Shown: positions 39,842 through 49,375 of the stretch, piece after piece
Position numbering within the stretch: the first letter of the stretch is position 1
How the letters are laid out: each line of letters begins with the position of its first letter
Assembly (NCBI GenBank): GCA_963664395.2
Contig: OY761159.2
Span: forward strand, 4,128,001 to 4,192,000
Direction of reading: 5' to 3'
DNA from: Candidatus Binatia bacterium
Lineage (GTDB): Bacteria > Desulfobacterota > Binatia > Bin18
Length of the DNA stretch: 64,000 nt
Program-made: the position numbers and the translations under genes
Notes under the pieces: model-generated
Seen by the model: only the letters and a program-made list of their open reading frames with translations
What the model was told of the DNA's origin: nothing
Databases searched by the model: none

Positions 39842-41403
39842 TAGGTGCGTCTCCAATATGAGAGCAGCGCATACTCGAATGCTTTGGCCCGCTCAGTCCA
39901 TGCTTGGGCTTCCGGAGGTGTTTGTATTTTTCCGGCATTGCGGGCGGTGTCAAATACCGCTCGTTTGGCAAAGTCCGTCAGGAGGAGGGCGAATCCTAAT
40001 TGGTGTCCTTTGCGTGTTGTCAGCCTGCCGGCCAGCCCATCGGCATAGCTCATCGTGCCTGACTTGGCTTGCACCTTTTTTCTGAGGTCAGTCTGCTCTT
40101 TCTTCCACTCCGGATGAGGCAGGAGGTCAAGAAAGGTCGCCGTCTCGTCTGACTCGACAGTCTGTCTGGCTGTGAGCGTTGCTCCGTAATGGACTGTTGC
40201 GGCCAGATGGCGGGGCGAGTGGCGGGACGTGCTGCTCAGGCCTGAATGGTTCATGCTCACAAACCCGGTCCAGTCTGTCTGCGGAAGACGCCGCTGATAC
40301 CAGTTTGTCAACACTGCTGCCGAGTCTGGAATGGATAACGGCAGGTCGCTCAGTTTGCGTGAGGTGACGAGGCCGATGAGTTCTGCGGACAGATTATTAC
40401 TGTAGAGCAGCATCCCACTGAGAATTTCCGGGAGGGGTTTGCTGTAATGGGTATGGAGGAGACGTGCGTTGGCTGGGGCTTTTGCGGCTTGAGGCTGGAG
40501 CAGGTTGATGCCGCGTTGCAGACAGTAGGTGCGAAACAAAGAGGCCGCGAGCCGCCCTGGGGCTTGCTTGACCGGTAGTTCTTTGAAGCCCTGGGCCGGA
40601 AGCTGAGGCGAGAGCAGCCAGCGGTCCATTCCTCCTCCGCCGCCTCCGTCAAGGATAAAAGAGTCCTGAGATTGGATGCTCGTAGGAATCGGGCCAGTAC
40701 TGACGCCGGCAACCGGAAGAAAAATACCGTCCGCCGGCGACCACAACCGGGTCCGAAAATTTGTGGCTCCGGGCTTTCCCTGCCAGCGTAACTGCACCCG
40801 GTTGTAATTGAGCGAGAGGGCGCTCGCACCGGGGTTATACACGGCCGCGACGGGTTGCCTGGGGTTGATTTCATGTGTTGCCGTGATGACGGCCTCATCA
40901 AAAGAAAACCGGCCGTTCACTCGGGTAATGCCGGCGGCTTTCAGGGCGTCAACAAAGCCTCGGAGGTCGTTCGTTGACAACGTTGGATCTCCACCCCCGA
41001 CCAGATACAGCTCTCCGTGCAGGGTGGATTTCCGTACTTCCCCTGTTGCGAGCAGGCGGGTCTCAAACCGATAGTCCGCCCCGAGAATTTCAAACGCGGC
41101 CAGGGCGGTCATGAGCTTTGTGGTCGAGGCCGGGATACGAGGCGTGTCGGCGTCATACGTGTCGACAACCCGACCATCCGTCAGACGAAACAGATGGTAG
41201 CCAACGTCTTGGGAGTCCAGCCGATGGTGTTGGAGGAGGCGCTTCAGCGACTTCGGAGAAGTCTGCGCCCGGACACACTGCGGGGATGCTAAGACACCGA
41301 GCCAAAGGGCTATGACTGCCAGGGTGCAGGCGAGTCCGAAAGAAGAGCGGGACCGGCTGGAATACGCAGATGCCGTGGCGCGGCGCGTCCGAGTAGCGCG
41401 CAT
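39838..41403 (-). CDS. dacB: D-alanyl-D-alanine carboxypeptidase/endopeptidase (PBP4, peptidase S13)
   Basis: PASTTK (SxxK), GGGDPTL, YSNN (SxN), AKSGT (KS/TG). Confidence 0.92.
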   Translation of the reverse strand: MRATRTRRATASAYSSRSRSSFGLACTLAVIALWLGVLASPQCVRAQTSPKSLKRLLQHHRLDSQDVGYHLFRLTDGRVVDTYDADTPRIPASTTKLMTALAAFEILGADYRFETRLLATGEVRKSTLHGELYLVGGGDPTLSTNDLRGFVDALKAAGITRVNGRFSFDEAVITATHEINPRQPVAAVYNPGASALSLNYNRVQLRWQGKPGATNFRTRLWSPADGIFLPVAGVSTGPIPTSIQSQDSFILDGGGGGGMDRWLLSPQLPAQGFKELPVKQAPGRLAASLFRTYCLQRGINLLQPQAAKAPANARLLHTHYSKPLPEILSGMLLYSNNLSAELIGLVTSRKLSDLPLSIPDSAAVLTNWYQRRLPQTDWTGFVSMNHSGLSSTSRHSPRHLAATVHYGATLTARQTVESDETATFLDLLPHPEWKKEQTDLRKKVQAKSGTMSYADGLAGRLTTRKGHQLGFALLLTDFAKRAVFDTARNAGKIQTPPEAQAWTERAKAFEYALLSYWRRTY

Positions 41404-41438
41404 GTCTATGGGGTTTCTCCCTGCTGTGGCGACTAGGG

Positions 41439-42602
41439 CTAACGCAACAATGCCCGGGCAATCACCATACGGTGGACCTCGGACGGCCCTTCTCCAATGC
41501 GCCGGACTCGCGCCTCACGATACCAGCGTTCCAGCGGAAACTCTTTTGACACGCCATAGCCGCCATGAATCTGTACGGCATTATCGATCACCCGGCCCAG
41601 GACTTCGCTTGAATACAGTTTCGCAATCGAGGCTTCAACCCGGGCATCTTCTCCCCGGTCGGCTTTCCAGGCGCCGTCCCAGATGAGCAAGCGCGTTGCG
41701 CGTAATTCAACCTCCGCATCGGCCAGCATCCACTGAATTGCCTGGCGCTGGCTTAAGAGTTCGCCAAACGTTTCACGCTGCTTGGCATGTTGGATAGCCA
41801 TACGCTGGGCTGCAATGGCAACCCCGAGGTTCGCTGCTGAGTAGGGAAATCGGGCTTTGGTCAGCAGGTCAAAGCACAGGTAGAGTCCCTGGCCTTCTTC
41901 GCCAATCATATTTTCGGCCGGCACCCGGCAATCTTCAAAAGACACTTCGTTGGGCAGCGAGACGGTCCTGATAGTCTTGAACGGGCGGGCGGTAAAGCCA
42001 GGGGTTCCTTTGTCAATAATAAAGCAACTGATGCCCTTGCGGCCTTTTGCCGGGTCGGTACGGACAAAGACGACACCCCATTCGGCTTCATGCGCGTGTG
42101 AGATGAAGGTTTTTGAGCCGTTAATAACCCACGTATCCCCATCTCGCACGGCCCGGGTTTGAATGGCCCCAGCCGGGTCTGAACCGCCGCTTGGTTCGGT
42201 GATCGCAAAGAAGGTGTACAGGCCGTTTTTCAGCGTGGGCACGGCATATTTTTGAATCTGCTCCGGGCTGCCGGCATAAATAGGGTTCGGGGGATAGCGG
42301 CCAAACGTTCCGCAGCCGGGATTGTACAAGCCCATACGGTGCTGAGCCATCTCTTCCAGGGCGATAGACAGGCTAAAGGTGTTCAGGCCCCCGCCTCCGT
42401 ACTCCTTGGGTGCGCCGAGACACCAGAGCTCGGCGGCCTTGGTTTTTGCTGACAGACGGTCGTAGACGTCGTCGGGTAAATCCGCTGCATCAGGATCGAT
42501 GGCTTGTTCGGCCGGAATAATTTCCTCGCGTACAAAACGACGAATTTGATCTTGCAGCAGGGTCAGTTCTTCGGGCAGGGTGTAGCCCTGGAAGTCGCTC
42601 AT
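41439..42602 (-). CDS. acyl-CoA dehydrogenase
   Basis: FAITEPSGGSD, INGSKTFIS, RETFG, QIHGGYG, RIGEGPSEV. Confidence 0.95.
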   Translation of the reverse strand: MSDFQGYTLPEELTLLQDQIRRFVREEIIPAEQAIDPDAADLPDDVYDRLSAKTKAAELWCLGAPKEYGGGGLNTFSLSIALEEMAQHRMGLYNPGCGTFGRYPPNPIYAGSPEQIQKYAVPTLKNGLYTFFAITEPSGGSDPAGAIQTRAVRDGDTWVINGSKTFISHAHEAEWGVVFVRTDPAKGRKGISCFIIDKGTPGFTARPFKTIRTVSLPNEVSFEDCRVPAENMIGEEGQGLYLCFDLLTKARFPYSAANLGVAIAAQRMAIQHAKQRETFGELLSQRQAIQWMLADAEVELRATRLLIWDGAWKADRGEDARVEASIAKLYSSEVLGRVIDNAVQIHGGYGVSKEFPLERWYREARVRRIGEGPSEVHRMVIARALLR

Positions 42603-42617
42603 TGGGAACCCTCGCGC

Positions 42618-43043
42618 TTAGACTGAACCAGCCCGTTTGAATTTGGGTAAGGTCACTTCTGGTGTGACATCGTCAAACTCGACCTCAACCGGCAGGTCAA
42701 GCGTCAAGTCAGTGTCGTCCACATCGGTGAGCCAACTGAGCATCCGGACTCCTTCTTCCAGTTCCACCACTACGGGGCTATAGGGCACGAGGTCGGCAAA
42801 CTGTGGCAACATGGGCTGCATGGCCGTCGTCCATGAAAAGAGTGTGCCTTTGCCCGAAGATTTGGCCCACTCCCACGCAAACGAACCACACTTGGCGCAC
42901 ATATCACGCGGGACATGTCGCCAGGTGCGACAGCTCGTGCAACGCTGAAAGCGGAGTTCGTGCTGTTTGCAATACGCATAAAACTCGGCTGCGAAACCCC
43001 GCATTTTCGGGACCGGACGCTTATATTCGTGTGTTTCCGCCAT
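42618..43043 (-). CDS. DUF35 zinc-ribbon/OB-fold protein
   Basis: QRCTSC...PR..C.KC.S, SGKGTLFSWT, VELEEGVRM. Confidence 0.92.
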   Translation of the reverse strand: MAETHEYKRPVPKMRGFAAEFYAYCKQHELRFQRCTSCRTWRHVPRDMCAKCGSFAWEWAKSSGKGTLFSWTTAMQPMLPQFADLVPYSPVVVELEEGVRMLSWLTDVDDTDLTLDLPVEVEFDDVTPEVTLPKFKRAGSV

Positions 43044-43060
43044 TATTAGTCTCTCTCCTG

Positions 43061-44248
43061 TTAGCGGCGCATAATTGCCAGGCTGCCGTCACCAAAATCT
43101 CCCCAGCCCGTGACCAGGCCGAGCTGGGCGTCTTTGACTTGACGCTCACCGGCTTCATGCCGGAGTTGATGGGTGGCTTCTACAACGTGGTTCATGCCCC
43201 ACACATGCGCCTCGGAATGCAGGCCACCATGGGTATTCAGGGGCAGTTCGCCATCAAGCGCAAACCGATTCCCTTGCGCGTAATCCCCAACCTCACCCCG
43301 TTTGCACAAGCCCAGCGCTTCCATCTGGAGCAGCACGACGTAGGTAAAGCAGTCGTATATTTCGGCAAAGTCGAGGTCTTTGAGATCGACGTCAGCCATG
43401 TGGAGCGCATTCGGCGTGGCAAAGCTGAGCCCGATCGTAAACGGGTCGGGCCGGGCGGGAATATCATCGGCCGGGTAGGGGTGGCCCTCGGCAATACCCG
43501 AAATATACACCGGGTCGTGTTTGAGATCGCGCGCCCGTTCCGGCGAGGTCACGACCACTGCGGCAGCCCCATCCGTTTCCAGACAACAGTCAAACAAGCG
43601 GAAGGGTTTGGAGACCCAGCGGGCGTTCAGATAGTCCTCCATCGTGAGCGGGCGGCCCTGCATATAGGCTTTATCGTTCAGTTGGGCATGTTTGCGTGAG
43701 GTGACGGCTACGGTGCCCATGGCCTCGTCCGGGGTGCCGTACATTGCTTTATGCCGGGTGGCGAGCCAAGCGTACCACTGTACCGGAACGTTGGCCCCAT
43801 AGGGCAGATAGTATTCGCCAATCGTATTGGCCAGTGCACCGGGGGCTCCGCCGCCGCCGCCGCCGTTGCCCTTGCTCTTATTGCCCATATCGCGCACGCG
43901 CATCGCGGAGTAGCCATTCCAGCCCAGCGGCACCAGGATGTTTTTCGCCACTCCACAGGCAACCGCCATGGCCGCGCTTTGGAGCGACGTGACCGGACTG
44001 GCCCCGCCCATGTGTACCGTGACCGCATAGCGCAGGTCTTCGACTCCAAGGTTGGCGGCAAAATGTTCGGCGGTTGACGGCAGCGGGGGAGGGATAATGC
44101 CGTCGATATCATGCGGACTCAGCCCCGCATCGCTCAGGGCGTTCATTGAGGCTTCGAGCATCAGCGCGAGATCGCTCTTGCCCGACCCTCTGGTATAAGC
44201 GGTCTCGCCCACGCCGACGATACAGGCTTGGTCCTTCAGCGCGTACAT
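43061..44248 (-). CDS. thiolase-like protein (SCP2/lipid-transfer, Ltp2-type)
   Basis: IVGVGET, DCCLETDG, IYDCFT, NTHGG. No Cys at the thiolase nucleophile position (MGGASP). Adjacent DUF35 gene. Confidence 0.88.
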   Translation of the reverse strand: MYALKDQACIVGVGETAYTRGSGKSDLALMLEASMNALSDAGLSPHDIDGIIPPPLPSTAEHFAANLGVEDLRYAVTVHMGGASPVTSLQSAAMAVACGVAKNILVPLGWNGYSAMRVRDMGNKSKGNGGGGGGAPGALANTIGEYYLPYGANVPVQWYAWLATRHKAMYGTPDEAMGTVAVTSRKHAQLNDKAYMQGRPLTMEDYLNARWVSKPFRLFDCCLETDGAAAVVVTSPERARDLKHDPVYISGIAEGHPYPADDIPARPDPFTIGLSFATPNALHMADVDLKDLDFAEIYDCFTYVVLLQMEALGLCKRGEVGDYAQGNRFALDGELPLNTHGGLHSEAHVWGMNHVVEATHQLRHEAGERQVKDAQLGLVTGWGDFGDGSLAIMRR

Positions 44249-44432
44249 AAGGTCCTCCTTGGTTTTCGGTGTGAATCGTATACGGAGAACGAGAGGATTG
44301 TAAAGGCGGAAGGGCGGAGCCTCTTCCGCACACCGGTTTTGACTCCTTTCGGGTTGCTTGGTAGGCTGTGCTCCGTAGAGAGTAATTCACTAAAAGTTTT
44401 GCCTCAAAGGCAGAATACATAGCTAGTATGAC

Positions 44433-45329
44433 ATGAAAATCCGAACACTCTTCGATGCTCACCCGCAGACTTTTTCGTTTGAATTTTTTCCTCCCAAGAC
44501 GTTGGAAGACGGAGCAGTGCTTTTTGATCGAGCCCGCGAACTCCAGCAGCTTGGAGCCAGTTTTTGCTCTGTGACCTACGGCGCTGGTGGCTCGACGCGC
44601 AAGCATACCATCGATCTGGTGTGTCGCTTCCAAGCCGAGCTAGGGCTTGTCGGCATGGCCCACCTCACCTGTGTGGGCCACACTCAAGCCGAACTCAGGG
44701 ACATCCTGTCTGAGCTGAAAGACCGTGGTGTCGAGAACCTCATGTGTCTGCGCGGTGACCCGCCCCGCGGCGAAACCAAGTTTACTCCTGCCCCGGACGG
44801 TTTTTCTCATGCCGCCGAGTTGGTTGCACTGGCTCGACACAGCGGGGACTTTTGCATTGGTGTGGCGGGCTATCCCGAAGCGCACCCGGAAAGTATTGAT
44901 GCGCACAGGGACTTGCAGTATCTCAAGGCAAAGCTGGACTGCGGGGCTGACTTTGTGACCACCCAGTTGTTTTTCGACGCACAAGACTACTTTGATTTTG
45001 TTGCGCGGGCGAGACAGCTTGGGATTCGGCAGCGCATCGTTCCCGGCATCATGCCTATTCTGAACTACCGTCAGATTGTGCGCTTCACCCGGATGTGTGG
45101 CGCGTCAATTCCGCTCGCGTTACGAGAACGCCTGGAGCCGGTGGCTGAGGATTCGGACGCTGCGTTTGAAATTGGTGTTGACTGGGCGTGGCAGCAATGT
45201 GAAGCCCTGCTTGCCGGCGGCGCGCCCGGCATTCACTTCTACACCATGAACCGCTCCCGAGCGACACAGCTTATTTTTGAGCGACTCCGCCACAGCAGTG
45301 TGGGTACGCTCCTGCCGCCCGCGGCGTAA
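44433..45329 (+). CDS. metF: 5,10-methylenetetrahydrofolate reductase
   Basis: SFEFFPPK, SVTYGAGGS, AHLTC, LRGDPP, GYPE.HPE, TQLFFD, HFYTMNR. Confidence 0.96.
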   Translation: MKIRTLFDAHPQTFSFEFFPPKTLEDGAVLFDRARELQQLGASFCSVTYGAGGSTRKHTIDLVCRFQAELGLVGMAHLTCVGHTQAELRDILSELKDRGVENLMCLRGDPPRGETKFTPAPDGFSHAAELVALARHSGDFCIGVAGYPEAHPESIDAHRDLQYLKAKLDCGADFVTTQLFFDAQDYFDFVARARQLGIRQRIVPGIMPILNYRQIVRFTRMCGASIPLALRERLEPVAEDSDAAFEIGVDWAWQQCEALLAGGAPGIHFYTMNRSRATQLIFERLRHSSVGTLLPPAA

Positions 45330-45378
45330 AGGGCATCCTTACCGGGAAGAGCGGCCGAATTTCATCAAGAGTTTTTCG

Positions 45379-45768
45379 TTACGCGGCGCTACGACTCTGG
45401 GAAAGGAGGTGGCCAATGACTTTCTTAATCCGATCTGATGAAAGGACCTTAGCAAGTGCGTCTTGAAAATTTTCCTCGTCTTTACAGCGATAGCGAAGAG
45501 AAGCTCCAGTGAACTCGGCTACTGTCACGGGATACATCTCCATCGGGTACTGCGCGCGAAGAACGGTGAAGACATAATTGTCCAGCGCCGGAGCCATAAT
45601 CGCGAGATGGGCAACGAATATCCCATCAGAACCCTTGAGAGATACTTGTCCGTCAAGGGTCCCTTTGGTCATTTGAGTCAGGAGTGACGCTTGCTCACGA
45701 AGGATAGTAGCTGGGGAACGGATATTTGCCGCCTCAGGGAGTTCGCCCCAAAGATTTTTAACTGCCAT
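45379..45768 (-). CDS. hypothetical protein
   Basis: 129-aa ORF with GAGGAG RBS. NLWGELP...P..ILREQA..L...T...APAL.NY...YPV pattern looks like a conserved hypothetical protein. Confidence 0.7.
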   Translation of the reverse strand: MAVKNLWGELPEAANIRSPATILREQASLLTQMTKGTLDGQVSLKGSDGIFVAHLAIMAPALDNYVFTVLRAQYPMEMYPVTVAEFTGASLRYRCKDEENFQDALAKVLSSDRIKKVIGHLLSQSRSAA

Positions 45769-45849
45769 TTTCGATTCTCCTCAGTTGATGAGCTGTCTAT
45801 AGTAAGTCCCTGGGCGTCCCTTGGGAAGGTCTCCTGTTAAGTTGCCTCA

Positions 45850-45879
45850 TTGACGCTACGCTTTCGGGTGGGGTATGGT
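45850..45879 (+). promoter_or_regulatory. candidate sigma70 promoter for the 45915-48394 operon
   Basis: TTGACG-18 nt-TATGGT. Confidence 0.4.
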
Positions 45880-45914
45880 CCGGCCCAAGGGGTTTTTCAG
45901 AAGAGGTTTTCCAT

Positions 45915-46274
45915 ATGGCCACACGACGGGCGATGCTGCTGCTGACCTATAACCTGGGTGAACACGTGAATCATGCGGAGTATGAGCAGTGGCTGCGTGA
46001 GGTGGATAATCCGTTTTTCAATAGCGTTCCGGGTGTGAAGCGCTACGCCAATTGGAAAGTATTGGATGAAAAACTGGGGACGGTGCAGTTTACGCACTAC
46101 GATCTGCTTGAGATAGACGATCTAAATGCCTGGGAGAAAGTCTGGGGGAATGAGGAACTCCAGAAATTTGCCCAAGGCTGGACGCAGCGCTGGTCCGTAC
46201 ACGGACCTGATGAAAAATATGCCGGTCTGAATTTTCAGGTCATGCTGTGCGAGGAAATTGCCGCGCCCGATTAA
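45915..46274 (+). CDS. small dimeric alpha-beta barrel-like protein (EthD/HapK-like)
   Basis: LLTYNL......EYEQWLREVD.P...PGV..Y pattern. GAGG RBS. Confidence 0.6.
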   Translation: MATRRAMLLLTYNLGEHVNHAEYEQWLREVDNPFFNSVPGVKRYANWKVLDEKLGTVQFTHYDLLEIDDLNAWEKVWGNEELQKFAQGWTQRWSVHGPDEKYAGLNFQVMLCEEIAAPD

Positions 46275-46300
46275 AAAAGACACTCCGCGGAACTGGGACT

Positions 46301-47347
46301 ATGGCGCAAGCAGCTAAACAATTACACGAAGTTGAGACCTTTCTCGCTGGCTTGTCTCGGTACGATGTCGGGCCGTTATGGGAGGTGCTCGGCAAACAAC
46401 TCACGCCCACGCCGGAAACGTCGGTCAGACCCCATCTGTGGCGTTGGACAGACCTGCGTCCCCAACTCCTTCGGTCCGGGGAGCTGGTCTCCGCTGCCAA
46501 AGCTGAACGGCGGGTGCTCATGCTGCTCAATCCAGGGCTCGAAGGTCGGGTTGCCACAACCCACACGCTGTACGCCGGGATTCAGCTCATCCTGCCCGGT
46601 GAAGTCGCGCGAACCCACCGACACACGCCCAACGCGCTTCGTTTCATCATGGAAGGACAGGGGGCCTATACGGTCGTCGATGGTGAAAAACTGCCTATGC
46701 AGCCGGGGGATTTTGTCTTAACGCCAAACTGGACGTGGCATGAGCATGGCAGTGAAGGCACGGACCCCGTGGTGTGGCTCGACGGACTGGATTTGCCCTT
46801 GGCCGGTATGCTGGCCGGAACATTTTTTGAATCTGGCCAGACTGAATCGCAGGCCGTGACCAAGCCGGTAGATAACTCAACGCGCGGCTATAAACACGGC
46901 GGGCTGCTGCCAACTTGGCAACGCCCGGCCGGCGGGCAGTCGCCTTTACTCAAATATGCCTGGAGCGAGGCGCGCCCCGCGCTGATGGACCTGGGTACGG
47001 ACGCGGACAGTCCGTTTGACGGCACCATGCTGGAATATGTGAATCCGGTGACGGGCGGTCCGTCGCTCGCGACCATGGCCAGCTTTCTGCAGCGCCTCCG
47101 ACCCGGACAGAAAACGCAGGCGCGCCGGCAAAGCGTGAGCAAGGTGTATCTCGCGGTTGAGGGAACCGGGCAGACCGTACTCGACGGCAGGACATTTGAA
47201 TGGCGGCCGGGTGACGTGTTTGCCGTCCCAACCTGGACCAGCCATGCGCATGAGAATACATCGGCGTCCGAAGATGCGATTCTCTTCTCTTTTTCTGATG
47301 CTCCGGTCATGAAAGCACTCGGCTGGTATAGAGAACAGGAGCTGTAG
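46301..47347 (+). CDS. gentisate 1,2-dioxygenase-like bicupin
   Basis: AERRVLMLLNPG, QLILPGE.A..HRHT..ALRF, TPNWTWHEH, WLDGLDLP, YVNPVTGG. Confidence 0.88.
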   Translation: MAQAAKQLHEVETFLAGLSRYDVGPLWEVLGKQLTPTPETSVRPHLWRWTDLRPQLLRSGELVSAAKAERRVLMLLNPGLEGRVATTHTLYAGIQLILPGEVARTHRHTPNALRFIMEGQGAYTVVDGEKLPMQPGDFVLTPNWTWHEHGSEGTDPVVWLDGLDLPLAGMLAGTFFESGQTESQAVTKPVDNSTRGYKHGGLLPTWQRPAGGQSPLLKYAWSEARPALMDLGTDADSPFDGTMLEYVNPVTGGPSLATMASFLQRLRPGQKTQARRQSVSKVYLAVEGTGQTVLDGRTFEWRPGDVFAVPTWTSHAHENTSASEDAILFSFSDAPVMKALGWYREQEL

Positions 47348-47356
47348 GAGAGGGCT

Positions 47357-48394
47357 ATGCTCCAGACCATGATCGTCGGGAGTTTACCCCGTCCCACCTG
47401 GCTCGTTCCACCCAGCGCCATGTATGTCTCGTGGAAGCTGAAAGACGATACGCTGCGTGAAGGCCAAGACGACGCGGTTCTGCTCGCGCTTGCTGACCAG
47501 GAAGCCGCGGGTCTCAATATCGTGACCGACGGCGAACAGCGCCGCCGGCATTATATCTGGGGATTTGTTGAGGGGCTGACCGGTTTGGACTTCAGCCGTT
47601 TGGTTGAGATTGAAACGCGGGGGAATCGCTACGGCATCAAAGTCCGGGCCGCCCGGGTGGTTGAGCAGTTGCGTCGTCCCCGGTCGGTGTTGGTTGACGC
47701 GCTCCGTTTTATGAAACAGCACACGACGAAGCCGGTCAAAGTCACCTTGCCCGGTCCGATGACCATCGCGGATACGGTTGCGGATGAGTATTATAGGGAC
47801 CGCCGAACGCTGGCCTCTGAACTCGCGCAGCTTGTGAATGAAGAAGCGTGTGAGCTGGCAGAGAACGGGTGTGATATCGTGCAGTTCGACGAGCCGTGTT
47901 TCAATATTTATCTCGATGCGGTGGAAGAGTGGGGCATCAAGACGCTTGAACAGTGCGCTCGGGGGGTACCGGCCAAAACCGCGGTCCATATCTGTTATGG
48001 ATACGGCATCCCGGCGGTAGTCGAGTGGAAAAGTCAGAACACGGACTGGGGCCATTATGCGCGGACGTTGCCGCTGTTGCGGACGAGCGGGATTGATATG
48101 ATCTCGGTCGAGTGTGCAGCCTCCGGAGTGGACCCGGCAGTATTAGCCGAGGCCAAGGGAAAAGATTTGATGGTCGGTGTCATCGACGTTGGCACCGAAG
48201 AGGTGGAAGCTCGTGAGACGGTCGCGGCGCGTATCCGTACGGCGTTGCAGTATGTTGCGCCTGAACATCTGTACCCCTGTACGGACTGTGGGATGATCCC
48301 GCGGTCGCGCGCAGCTGCGCGGGGAAAGATGCAGGCACTTGCCGACGGAGCCTGGCTGGTCCGAGCAGAATTGCAGCAGGGGAGTCCTGGCTAG
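47357..48394 (+). CDS. core (single-barrel) cobalamin-independent methionine synthase, MesD-like
   Basis: GSLPRP.WL, TDGEQ.R, LPGPMT, QFDEP.FN, zinc ligands VHICYGYG, E and PCTDCG. Confidence 0.82.
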   Translation: MLQTMIVGSLPRPTWLVPPSAMYVSWKLKDDTLREGQDDAVLLALADQEAAGLNIVTDGEQRRRHYIWGFVEGLTGLDFSRLVEIETRGNRYGIKVRAARVVEQLRRPRSVLVDALRFMKQHTTKPVKVTLPGPMTIADTVADEYYRDRRTLASELAQLVNEEACELAENGCDIVQFDEPCFNIYLDAVEEWGIKTLEQCARGVPAKTAVHICYGYGIPAVVEWKSQNTDWGHYARTLPLLRTSGIDMISVECAASGVDPAVLAEAKGKDLMVGVIDVGTEEVEARETVAARIRTALQYVAPEHLYPCTDCGMIPRSRAAARGKMQALADGAWLVRAELQQGSPG

Positions 48395-48406
48395 GCGGAG
48401 AACTGT

Positions 48407-48520
48407 ATGGGCGCGTTATACGAGTTCTTTTCAGACAGTCCCATTCTTATTGGCGCGACCCTTGGCGTGATCATCGCCGTTATCGTTATCGCCGTTTCAG
48501 AAGGGAAGAAAGACGCGTAG
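48407..48520 (+). CDS. 37-aa single-TM small protein (not in the ORF track)
   Basis: GGAG RBS, then MGALYEFFSDSPILIGATLGVIIAVIVIAVSEGKKDA. Fills the gap between co-oriented genes. Confidence 0.6.
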   Translation: MGALYEFFSDSPILIGATLGVIIAVIVIAVSEGKKDA

Positions 48521-48532
48521 TGCTTGCACGCC

Positions 48533-48763
48533 ATGGCTCATATTCCAAAAGAAGAATTTGTCGCCCGTGTGGCAAAAGGGCTGGATATGCCGCCCGCGCT
48601 GATCGACGCAATGACGGACCCCTGCACCTGCGGCTCGGTAAAATGTGAGGGCTGGAAGGTCACGCGCATGCCTGGACTCGACGAAATCGAGCAGTACGGG
48701 CTGGAGCAACGCTTTGCCATGTCCGGCTGGCGCACGGCGTTGACCGCTATTATTGAAGACTAA
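48533..48763 (+). CDS. hypothetical protein with CxCxxxxC motif
   Basis: DPCTCGSVKCEGW. Co-oriented and closely spaced with neighbours. Confidence 0.6.
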   Translation: MAHIPKEEFVARVAKGLDMPPALIDAMTDPCTCGSVKCEGWKVTRMPGLDEIEQYGLEQRFAMSGWRTALTAIIED

Positions 48764-48778
48764 GCGGCAGAGCACGGT

Positions 48779-49279
48779 ATGAGCGAACAGGACGACTTCA
48801 TCAAACTGGCAGTCGATCCCTCTGACGAGGCAGACCTCCCAGACCTCAAGGACCCCTACGAACGCTTTATTTGGGAGAACCGGCAGAAGTTCGGAGCGTT
48901 AAGCTGGAGTGGGTTGTTGCGCTACGGTCGTGGCATTGTTCTCATGGACGCGCGGCAGTGGCCAAGTGAAGATGCCCAAGACGTACATGATGCTGCGAAT
49001 GAAACTGCGCGGAGAGAAGCCCCGCTCGGCTATCTGCCCGAGGGGCGGATTGCAGCGCTGTCACAAACCGCACAAAAAAAAGATGCCGTGCGCATGCTGC
49101 GGAGGTATAATCCGCGTGAAGAGATTATTGTGAATGTCTTGCGAGCGGACGGAGGCGGGAGTTTCTTTCAGGTGGCGCTCAAAGACTGTCCGCCTCCCGA
49201 GGCATACCGAAAAATCATGGGTCGGGAAGACTTCCAGCCCAAGTGGAAAGAACAGGATCGTAAGTTCCGGGGCGTTTGA
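48779..49279 (+). CDS. hypothetical protein
   Basis: 166-aa ORF with YGRGIV...YLP...YNPREEIIV pattern. Confidence 0.7.
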   Translation: MSEQDDFIKLAVDPSDEADLPDLKDPYERFIWENRQKFGALSWSGLLRYGRGIVLMDARQWPSEDAQDVHDAANETARREAPLGYLPEGRIAALSQTAQKKDAVRMLRRYNPREEIIVNVLRADGGGSFFQVALKDCPPPEAYRKIMGREDFQPKWKEQDRKFRGV

Positions 49280-49302
49280 CCTATTTGACCTATTTGACCT
49301 AT
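49275..49302. repeat. 9-bp tandem repeat, 3 copies, covering a stop codon
   Basis: TTTGACCTA x3. Confidence 0.8.
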
Positions 49303-49375
49303 CGGTGGCAACGCGGCCTCGTTCGTCCTGAGCCCGCGTGATGAGCTTGGAGGAGGGGCAGTGCCCCTCTAGGGA

